This document shows, one piece after another, positions 46,972 to 56,000 of a stretch of 64,000 nucleotides of DNA. The translations under genes were made by a program, and so were the position numbers. Below the pieces are notes generated by a model. That model searched no databases, was not told the origin of the DNA, and saw nothing but the letters and a program-made list of their open reading frames with translations. The stretch is from the NCBI GenBank assembly GCA_964403835.1, contig CAYOHR010000001.1, positions 5,862-69,861 on the forward strand, given 5' to 3'. Positions within the stretch are counted from its first letter, which is position 1; each line of letters starts with the position of its first letter. The stretch is from an uncultured Flavobacteriales bacterium (lineage in GTDB: Bacteria; Bacteroidota; Bacteroidia; Flavobacteriales_G; JALEGO01).

Positions 46972-49900
46972 TTGATTTACAAATACGCGCTATACCTGGC
47001 ATTCCTTATGTTTTTTATGGGTTGTAAAAACAGCAGCCCAAAAAAGGATGTTCCTGCATTACAAACTCAAAAACTAGGCCAGCCCATTACTAGCGCTAAA
47101 AAAGTTGTTCCAGCTCAAAAACCCGAAATAAATTACGCTGCCAAAAAAAACTTTAAACTCTACACCGTCGATCAGGGTCTTTCATCCAATGTTATTCGCA
47201 ATATAAAGGAAGATTTTTCAGGAAACATTTGGTTTGCTACAGAAATTGGGGTAAATAAATTTGACGGGATTGAATACACCCAATACCTTACCAATCATGA
47301 AATTATGTCAATTGAACAAGGCAATGATTCAAGCTTATGGTTTGCCACGTATAAATCGGGTTTGATAAATTTTGACGGAAAAAACTTCATTCAATACACC
47401 CAAAAAGATGGCTTACCCGACATCTCTTTTCGAGTAGTTTATAAAGATAAAAAAGGTAGAATTTGGGCTGGAGGAATGGATCGTGGAGGCTTAGTTTGTT
47501 ATGAAAATGGGAAATTTACTTCCTTTGCCCTCCATCAAAGAAGTTATGGAAATACAGTCTCAAAAATTTACGAAGATAAACGTGGAATTATTTGGGTGTG
47601 TACCTTTGGAGGCGGCTTATTTTCTTATGATGGACAAACGTTTAAAAATTATAAGCTAAAGAAATTACAGCCCCAATGGTTAATTGATGACGATTTACAT
47701 CAAAATAAATTCATGGCCATAACCGAAGATATAAACGGCAATTTATGGATTGGCACGCGTTTTTCCGGGATTTATTTTTTCAAAAACGGAGCGTTTATAG
47801 AAAAATTTAGCCCCAAATTAAATAACTTTCCTGCAACGTGTGTGCGCGATTTAAAAAGCGATCCATCAGGTGCAGTTTGGATTTCAACCGATGATGGTTT
47901 ATTTAAATACGATCATAACAAAATGACTCCTTTTAGTCAAAAAGATGGATTAAATACTTCTAAACTTGGCCGCTTATTTTTTGATTCAGGCAAAAACCTT
48001 TGGGTCACCAGTGGAAGTGGCGCCAACAAATACAGAGAGGGAGGTTTTGAATACCATAGTTTTGAATCAGCCAAAACCAATAAAATTACCGCTATTAAAG
48101 ATCTCAAAATCAATAAATCTCATCTCAATATTTTAACTGAAGACCGTATTATTATTTGTGATTCTGCCTTTAATATCATAAAAAAAACACCCATCCCCCT
48201 CAAACCTGCCAATTCATTGCTTATTGATGCTTTAGGAAATACATGGGTCTCAACATTTGGAGCAGGTATTTTTAAATTTGAGAAACACGATTCCCTCCCT
48301 ACTATTTATAAAAATTTCGGAGAAGAAGGAAGAAATACCTTTTTTACTTCAAGCGTTAAAAATAAAGCAGGAAAATTGTTTTTTGGAGCTTTAGAAGGGC
48401 TGGTAATATACGACGGAAAAACATTTAAAAACTTCAACGAAAGAGATAACTTAAAAAATTACGAAATACTTTGTTTGGGAATTGATGAAAATGAGCAATT
48501 ATGGATTGGTTCAGAAACAGGAATTAGTATTTTAGATCACGATTCTTTTATAAATCCTGCTATCCTTCAAAAGGTAGCTATAACATCCATTCAAAAAGGC
48601 TTAAACAAAGGTGAAATGTTAATTGGCACAAAGTATTTTGGAATATGGAAATATTCTACAAAAAATAATACCATTGAAAAATTTACCGAAGAAAATGGAT
48701 TAGCAAGCAATTTCATAAAAAGCATTCAGCTCGATGCCCAATCTAATATATGGATTGGCACCGACAATGGAGTAAGCCTTTGGAAAAAAGAAAATTACAC
48801 AAAGATTCCTGCACACAAAAACATCTTTTTAAATTTTGGATCCGAAGAAGGTTTTATATCTAAAGATTGTTCAATCAATGCTGTAAGCATTTATAAAAAT
48901 GAAATTATTTGGGGAACTTCTAAAAATATTACCCGGCTAAAGTATTCAAATGATGCTCAAAAAAATATTAAACCTCGGGTTTTACTTAAATCTGTAAAAA
49001 TATTTTTTAAAGAAATAAATTGGAATGATGAGAAAGAGCTTCAGGGCATTTCGTTTTCAAAGGTTGATAAATGGAAAAACCTGCCTGCAAATCTCGAACT
49101 TTCTCATACTCAAAACCATGTTACCTTTAGCTTTGTTGGTATTGATTGGCGCTACCCAAGTACTATTAAATATTCTTTTATTCTCGAAAATGTAGATAAA
49201 ACCTGGAGCGATCCTTCATATAAAAATGAGGTGACCTATTCAAGCCTAGCCCCCGGACATTATACATTTAAGGTAGTAGCCATCAATAAAAATAATTTAA
49301 AAAGTAAAAATATTGAAACCATTGAATTTACCGTAAACCCGCCGTTTTGGAGAACCTGGTGGTTTTATGGAGGTACTTTCGGACTGCTTTTAATAAGCAT
49401 TTTCTCCTATATTAAAAACCGTGAAAATGTTTTGAAAGAACGTCAAAAATTTCTAGAAAGTGAAGTAGCAAACAGAACCCACGATTTGCAACTAGAAAAA
49501 AATAAGGTTGAGCAGCAAAATAAAAAAATTACCGAAAGTATTGAATATGCCAAAAGAATTCAAGATGCTATTCTCCCTCCCCCAAAGGTTTTTCAAAATT
49601 ATTTTAAAGATTCGTTCATATTTTTTAAACCTAAAGATATTGTTAGTGGCGATTTTTATTGGATATACGAACAAGATGATAAAGTATTTATTGCCGTAGT
49701 AGATTGTACAGGACATGGCGTGCCAGGCGCATTTATGTCCATCATTGGGAAAAATTTATTAGATAAAATTGTGAAAGAATTGGGCATTACCCAACCCGAT
49801 CTTATTTTAGAAGAATTAAACAGCGAACTATTGGCTTTTTTACAACAAGAAGGTCAATATTACGAAGTAAAAGATGGAATGAACATAGCTATTTGCGTTA

Positions 49901-50280
49901 TTCATAAAGAATCGCTGATGCTTGATTTTTCAGGCTCATACAACCCCATGTATTTACTGCGAAATAATGATATACAAGTATTTAAAGGCGACCGGATACC
50001 CATTGGAAAACCCAAGTATTTACGAGAGAATACCTTTGTATGTATACACCAACAACTGCAAAAAAATGATCTTATTTATTTGTTTACCGATGGCTTTCCC
50101 GATCAAAAAGGCGGTCCTGAAAGCCGAAAGTTTTTTTACCAGCAATTCAGAGAATTACTTTTATCTTTCAGCTCAAAACCGATGCTTGAACAAGCTCGTT
50201 TGTTAGATATTGAATTGCAAAACTGGAAAGGCAATAACGAACAAACCGATGATGTATGTGTTATTGGAATTAAAATATAA
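46972..50280 (+). CDS. Periplasmic double beta-propeller (two-component-regulator propeller / Y_Y_Y) sensor fused to a cytoplasmic PP2C/SpoIIE phosphatase
   Basis: TTG start gives MIYKYALYLAFLMFFMGCKN (lipobox). Repeated ...G.IWhGT..GL..a propeller blades. TM (WWFYGGTFGLLLISIFSYI), coiled coil, then SGDFYWIY...VVDCTGHGVPGAFMS...DGF.DQ...DD. Confidence 0.85.
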   Translation: MIYKYALYLAFLMFFMGCKNSSPKKDVPALQTQKLGQPITSAKKVVPAQKPEINYAAKKNFKLYTVDQGLSSNVIRNIKEDFSGNIWFATEIGVNKFDGIEYTQYLTNHEIMSIEQGNDSSLWFATYKSGLINFDGKNFIQYTQKDGLPDISFRVVYKDKKGRIWAGGMDRGGLVCYENGKFTSFALHQRSYGNTVSKIYEDKRGIIWVCTFGGGLFSYDGQTFKNYKLKKLQPQWLIDDDLHQNKFMAITEDINGNLWIGTRFSGIYFFKNGAFIEKFSPKLNNFPATCVRDLKSDPSGAVWISTDDGLFKYDHNKMTPFSQKDGLNTSKLGRLFFDSGKNLWVTSGSGANKYREGGFEYHSFESAKTNKITAIKDLKINKSHLNILTEDRIIICDSAFNIIKKTPIPLKPANSLLIDALGNTWVSTFGAGIFKFEKHDSLPTIYKNFGEEGRNTFFTSSVKNKAGKLFFGALEGLVIYDGKTFKNFNERDNLKNYEILCLGIDENEQLWIGSETGISILDHDSFINPAILQKVAITSIQKGLNKGEMLIGTKYFGIWKYSTKNNTIEKFTEENGLASNFIKSIQLDAQSNIWIGTDNGVSLWKKENYTKIPAHKNIFLNFGSEEGFISKDCSINAVSIYKNEIIWGTSKNITRLKYSNDAQKNIKPRVLLKSVKIFFKEINWNDEKELQGISFSKVDKWKNLPANLELSHTQNHVTFSFVGIDWRYPSTIKYSFILENVDKTWSDPSYKNEVTYSSLAPGHYTFKVVAINKNNLKSKNIETIEFTVNPPFWRTWWFYGGTFGLLLISIFSYIKNRENVLKERQKFLESEVANRTHDLQLEKNKVEQQNKKITESIEYAKRIQDAILPPPKVFQNYFKDSFIFFKPKDIVSGDFYWIYEQDDKVFIAVVDCTGHGVPGAFMSIIGKNLLDKIVKELGITQPDLILEELNSELLAFLQQEGQYYEVKDGMNIAICVIHKESLMLDFSGSYNPMYLLRNNDIQVFKGDRIPIGKPKYLRENTFVCIHQQLQKNDLIYLFTDGFPDQKGGPESRKFFYQQFRELLLSFSSKPMLEQARLLDIELQNWKGNNEQTDDVCVIGIKI

Positions 50281-50293
50281 AACCCGTTAACCC

Positions 50294-51064
50294 ATTCAAA
50301 ATCCGCAAAAAATATCAGCCCTTATTATTACCTTCAACGAAGAGAGAAACATTGCTCGTTGCGTTCACTCTGTGCTGCCCTTAGCCGATGAAGTAATTGT
50401 GCTGGATTCGTTTTCGACCGATAAAACCAAAGAGATTTGTGAACAATTGGGGGTTACTTTTATACAAAAAGAATGGATGGGTTATGGCCCAACTAAAAAT
50501 TATGGGCATTCTATTTGCAAACACGATTATATTTTATCGATTGATGCGGATGAAGAAATCTCTAAAGAGCTCCAAAAATCCATTTTACAGGAGCAACAAA
50601 TGGGTTTAACCGGCGCTTACGAATTTAATCGTTTAAATAATTATGCCGGTAAATGGATAAAATATGCCGGTTGGTATCCCGATAAAAAAATACGGCTATT
50701 TTTAAAAACTCAGGTTTCGTGGAATGAGCGAGAAGTGCATGAAACTCCCGTTTTATCAAAGAATACAAAGGTTAAATGGCTGTCGGGTAACTTATTGCAT
50801 TATTCATTTAATACCTATGCCGATCATCAAAAAAAAATCGGGAAATACGCTCAATTAGCTTCGCAAAACTTAGCCTCTCAACCTAAAATACTTCTGCTTT
50901 TTAAAATGCTTTTTAATCCGATTATTCGGTTTTTTAAAATGTACTTTATAAAACTTGGCTTTCTATCGGGCATACAAGGCCTTATTTTATGCTACTACAC
51001 CAGCAAAGAAGTGTTTCTAAAGTATTTTTTCGCCCTTCAAAAAACTACTTCCCGTAAACCGTAA
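50294..51064 (+). CDS. Family-2 glycosyltransferase (WaaE/KdtX-like); no canonical start codon
   Basis: The GT-A core KISALIITFNEERNIARCVHSV...DEVIVLDSFSTDKT...IDADE lies partly upstream of the only canonical start (GTG 50372). The open frame begins after TAA 50288-50290 and contains only ATT (50294) and ATA (50312). Confidence 0.6.
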   Translation: MQNPQKISALIITFNEERNIARCVHSVLPLADEVIVLDSFSTDKTKEICEQLGVTFIQKEWMGYGPTKNYGHSICKHDYILSIDADEEISKELQKSILQEQQMGLTGAYEFNRLNNYAGKWIKYAGWYPDKKIRLFLKTQVSWNEREVHETPVLSKNTKVKWLSGNLLHYSFNTYADHQKKIGKYAQLASQNLASQPKILLLFKMLFNPIIRFFKMYFIKLGFLSGIQGLILCYYTSKEVFLKYFFALQKTTSRKP

Positions 51065-52331
51065 TGGTTCCCTGAAATTCTTCATCAATACCTTGTTCAG
51101 ACTTCACATAGGCCATCCAAATATAGGTTTCTCCTACTTTTGCTTGTACCCCTTGCGGACGAATAATTCCGTCCCATTTAATATCTTTATTTTTAGTCGT
51201 AAAAACCAGCCCTTTATTGCGATCGTAAATATTTAATACAAACTCGTATTTGCCACTTTCCAGGGCTTTGGGCATCCAATTATCATCAATCCCATCTGCA
51301 TTTGGACTAAAAGCCGTAGGGGCCATTAAATTGTTGATTTGGGTTTGATCCACATACAATTCTTTGGTTTCTTCTTTCATACAACCTTTATTGCTAGTTG
51401 TTTTAATGGTGTAAGAATAATTCCCTTTGACTTTAAACGATCTTTTAAAATTTGCTTTATCGTATTCTTGCCCATCAGAAAACCGAATGTTTAAGGCCGA
51501 TAAATTTTCTCCAGTTTCATAACTTGAAAACTCAAAATACGGAATGTATTCTTCAATATTAAACTTGCTCGATAAATCAATATATGGCAAAGGATAAACC
51601 GTTACATTTTTGCTCACTTCTTTTTGTGCTCCAGGATGGCTTACTTTTAATGATACATCAAAGGTTCCTTCATTATTAAATACATAATTAATGGATTTTC
51701 CTTTACGGGTTTGTCCTTGTCCAAAATCCCACTCATACTCACAATCAGAACATTTAGATTGAGCAGTAAAAAGAATTTCTTTTTCAGCACAAGTTAAAGG
51801 CCCAAAAGAGAAATCTGTTTCTTCCAATAATTTATTAATCAGATTTGTTTTTGGTTTCTCTTCTTGTGTTGTTGGATTTGACACTTGTTTAGCCAACACT
51901 GCCGGCGCTTCTTCTTTCTTTGGAGCTGTTTCTGGATGCTCCATAACAATAGCAGGCACATCCTTTTTGGCTGGGGCTACAGGAGGTAGAGTGGCAATTT
52001 CCGGTGTTTTATTGACCGGTTTTTCCATATTTTGTGGACTAACTATATTCTCTGGTTTTGTACTTTCAACCATGGCTACGGGTTGCTCTTCAATAGCAAT
52101 CGCTTTTTGTTCTGGTTCATTGTTCAAATACAAATACCCTAATATTGTTACAACAGCTGCTCCTAAGCCTATAAATTTAAGCCAAGAAGAATAGTTTTTG
52201 GGCGATTTATTTTTAGAAGCACCCGCTTGTTGATCAAGCTTTTTTTCAAGCTCATTCCAATCACTTGGATTATACTCGACCGAGTATTGATCCAACGATT
52301 CTTTTATGGTTTCTTCAAATGTTTTATTCAT
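51045..52331 (-). CDS. Anti-sigma-slot membrane protein with PKD-like domain and T9SS type-B C-terminal sorting domain
   Basis: 4 nt downstream of the ECF sigma gene. Hydrophilic N-terminus, single TM WLKFIGLGAAVVTILGYLYL, P/K/E-rich linker, EYEWDFGQG...GTFDVSLKV, C-terminal APTAFSPNADGIDDNW...IKWDG...GETYIWMAYV...GTITVY. Confidence 0.8.
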   Translation of the reverse strand: MNKTFEETIKESLDQYSVEYNPSDWNELEKKLDQQAGASKNKSPKNYSSWLKFIGLGAAVVTILGYLYLNNEPEQKAIAIEEQPVAMVESTKPENIVSPQNMEKPVNKTPEIATLPPVAPAKKDVPAIVMEHPETAPKKEEAPAVLAKQVSNPTTQEEKPKTNLINKLLEETDFSFGPLTCAEKEILFTAQSKCSDCEYEWDFGQGQTRKGKSINYVFNNEGTFDVSLKVSHPGAQKEVSKNVTVYPLPYIDLSSKFNIEEYIPYFEFSSYETGENLSALNIRFSDGQEYDKANFKRSFKVKGNYSYTIKTTSNKGCMKEETKELYVDQTQINNLMAPTAFSPNADGIDDNWMPKALESGKYEFVLNIYDRNKGLVFTTKNKDIKWDGIIRPQGVQAKVGETYIWMAYVKSEQGIDEEFQGTITVYGK

Positions 52332-52335
52332 AACC

Positions 52336-52911
52336 TTATTTTGAAACGTATTTCGTTAATTTCTTTTTTAAATTCATTTTTGCTTTTGCCAAATTCGATT
52401 TGGAAGTCCCTTCATTAATCCCTAACGTTTCTGCAATTTGTTTATGGGTATATCCCTCCATTACATACATGTTAAACACCATTCTGTAAGCCGGCGACAA
52501 TTCTTGTATTTCTGCCATAACTACTTTTGGATCAATTTGGTACAGAAAACCCTCCTCTTCTTCCTCCTCTTTCATAGAGCCATCCTCAGCCATATCAAAC
52601 AAATAATCAGAATTGGTGCTAATAAAATTCTCTCGTTTCTTTTTTCTATAATAATCAATGGCTGTATTTACTATAATTCTCTTCATCCAACCTTCAAAAG
52701 AACCCGTATCGGTATATACTTTAATGCTTGCAAAAATTTTTAAAAATCCTTCTTGTAATACATCTTTTGCATCATCAGCATCATGAGAATATCTTAAACA
52801 AATGGTCATTAGTCTACTATAATATTTTTCATAAATCAGCTTTTGGCTTTTCCTGTCATCCACTTTACAGCCAGAAATGGCGGTTTCTATTTCTTTTGGT
52901 AATAAGCTCAT
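52336..52911 (-). CDS. ECF-type RNA polymerase sigma-70 family factor
   Basis: Region 2 (DADDAKDVLQEGFLKIF...W..RI..N..IDYYRK) and region 4 HTH (YTHKQIAETLGINEGTSKSNLAKAKMNLKK). Confidence 0.9.
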   Translation of the reverse strand: MSLLPKEIETAISGCKVDDRKSQKLIYEKYYSRLMTICLRYSHDADDAKDVLQEGFLKIFASIKVYTDTGSFEGWMKRIIVNTAIDYYRKKKRENFISTNSDYLFDMAEDGSMKEEEEEEGFLYQIDPKVVMAEIQELSPAYRMVFNMYVMEGYTHKQIAETLGINEGTSKSNLAKAKMNLKKKLTKYVSK

Positions 52912-53064
52912 TACTAATTATATATTATAAACGACAACAAATTAAAAGGTTGCCTTCAATTTAGATGTTTTTAGCAAGAAAAGAATGTTTTTTTGAAAAA
53001 ATAAAAAGAGTGTGCCGAATTATTTATTCAACACACTCTTTTGACCTTCTTAGAAATGCTTTTT

Positions 53065-56000
53065 TTACCTCATTATAGGATTAAGGAGGGTAAAGTACCC
53101 TTCTAGGGTTTGGGGTTGTCCCTTAAAGTCTTTATATTTTACATGATATACATACACAGCCTCTGGGCTAACAGAGCCGGTATTATTATATTTTCCATTC
53201 CATTTATCGCCCAATTTATTGGTACTAAAAATAGTATTTCCCCATCTGTCCAACACCGAAAATTCATATCCATCATTCTTCAATCCTTCACCAACCGGTC
53301 CAAATTCGTTATTAATATAATCTCGATTAGGAGTAAACGCATTGGGAATAAAAATAACCGTTTCGTATTCAACTTTAACTATAGCTTGGCCCGTATCGGC
53401 ACACCCCTTTTTATTTTCAACAATTAATTTTATGGGATGTTCGCCTACTTCTTCAAATTTATGATGAAATTCCTGTTCAGTAAAAAGATCAGTGCCATCA
53501 ATACTCCACAACCAACTAACAGCCCCTGGTGTTCTATCCTGAAATGTTACATTTGGCGATAAATTGGTCGGATTTAGTGGGGAAAACGAAAACTTAATCT
53601 CGGGCTTTTCATAAATATTAATCATACAAGGCTTGGTAAAAGTAGATACACAGCCCGAATCAGAAGTTACTCGTAAAGAAACATCTTTACAGCCTGAATT
53701 TTGATAATTGAAAGTTGAGTTAGCTCCTGATGTTTGTTGACTTCCCTCCCCATAACTCCACAAGTATTGATATTTTGAATTGTAGTTAGGTATTGAGAAT
53801 GTTATTTCAGCATTCGGACAACCATCTTTTTTATCTGATGTAAATAGCACGACAGGATTTTTAATAACGCCAATTACTATAGAATCGACTTTGGGTGTAT
53901 TAGCACAATCCCCTCCATTAGAAACCGTTACATAGTATTTTTGTGTTTGTGTGGGCGTTAAAACTATAGAAGATGTATTTCCTCCTGTACTCCACTGATA
54001 ATTAAAAATCTCATTTCCACCGGTTGCATTGGCAACCAAAGTAGCGCTGTGACCCTCACAAACAGAGGTAACTAAAGGAACTGCGAGAGAAATATCCGGA
54101 AAAAGATTTACTGTAACACTTATTACATTGGTGGATACACATCCATTTACATCGGTAGCCGTTACTGAATAAACAGTTTGACTTGTTGGTGATACTTGTA
54201 TACTTTGAGCATTTATGTTGTTTGACCAAGAGTAAGAAAAACCTCCATTTCCACCACTTGCATTCGCTTGTAAAGTAGCCGTTCCGAAGTTACATATAGA
54301 CGTATCCTTGATATCACTCAGCTCAACAGGCGGAGGAGATGTAATGGTAACAGATAAATTCGCTTGACATCCATTGGCATCGGTTGTGGTTACAGAATAA
54401 TTTCCGGCGCTCAAAGAGGTTAAATTATCATCGGTTATGGTATTTGACCATAAAAAGGTATAAGGGGATGTTCCGGAAGATGCCGCAACTTTCACACTTC
54501 CATCGTTTGATGCATTACATGTTGTATTATTTACATAAACGGTTGATAAAGCAGGTGCCGGTTGCGTTGTATGTGCAACAGTTACATTGGTATTAGCAGT
54601 ACACCCATTGGCATCTGTAATAGAAACCGAATAAGTATTGTTTGCCAAAGAAGTAACGGTATTTACATTGGAGGCTGATCCGTTTATAGTAGCAGGGATA
54701 CTCCATTGATAATCAAAAGGACCGGTTCCATTACTTACAGTTACTGTAGCTGTTCCATTTGCATTTGTACATATAGATGGGGTAGATGCTGTAGTCAAGG
54801 TTATATTTCCATTGTCTTGCAAAACAGTTGCGCTAGCATTTGCCGAACAACCATTTGCATCAGTGACTGTTACTGATTGAGGGCCTGCCGTTAAGCCGAT
54901 TATTTGGTCGGTAGTAGCCGCGCTTGGATGCACAGGCCCAAAACTCCATGTATAGGTATAAGGTCCTACTCCGTTACTTACTGTTGCTGTTACTGTACCA
55001 GAATGATTAGTACATAAAGCATCATCATTAGAAACCGCATTTAAACTTATATTTCCGTTGCTTTGCGTGACTGTAATATTATTGTCAGTGCCAGTACAGC
55101 CATTGGCATCCGTAATGGTAACAGTAACTGTGCCCGGGCTTAAATTAGTGATGGTATTTGAGTTAGAAGCTGAATTATTAGTAGAGGCAGTAGTGCTCCA
55201 CAAATAATCAAAAGGGCCGGTTCCATTAGTTACGGTAACCGTAGCTGTTCCATTATTAGAGGCACACAGGGAAGGAGTGGTATTGTCGGTTGTATTTAAA
55301 TTGGTTACTGTATTTGGTACTGTAATATTAACAATGGCGGGGCATCCGCCTGCATCTGTAACGGTTACCGTGTAAGGACCTGATGATAAACCACTTATAG
55401 TGTTGCTTGTTGCATTGATATTGTAAAAGGTGGCTCCGGTACTCCACTCATAGGAATATGGGGCTGTGCCCAATCCCACATTTACAGTAGCAGTTCCGTT
55501 AGAGCCGGTACAAATTTCGGCGGTAGAACTATTTGTTAAAGTATTGGATGAAGTTAAATTAAAAGTGATGGTTTCTCCTAATGCGGAGTTTCCACACAAA
55601 TCTACTAATAGCCCATTTACTGTTATGGTGTAGGTTCCGGCTACATTTAACGGCGGACTAAAAACAAAATTAAACTCGTTATCTTTATTTGAAAAACCAT
55701 TTACACAATTGGTTGAAACAACGCTTGCTAAAGCAACAATATTATTTCCGGCATCTCTTACTTCAAATTTATTTGGAGTAACTGTGCTGCAGTCTAGGGG
55801 TTCAGAGAAGGTAACTTTCACCGTGTCTTCACCACAAGCAACCGGTGACTGTGCAGATTCTAAAATTGGGCTTATATTGTCAAATAAAGAAGCTGTACTG
55901 GTTGGCTCTACCTGAATGGTTAAGCTGCTTGGCACAGTGCTATACTGACCAACATACAGCATAAATTCTTGCCCCGCAACAACGTTTAAACAAGGATTGT

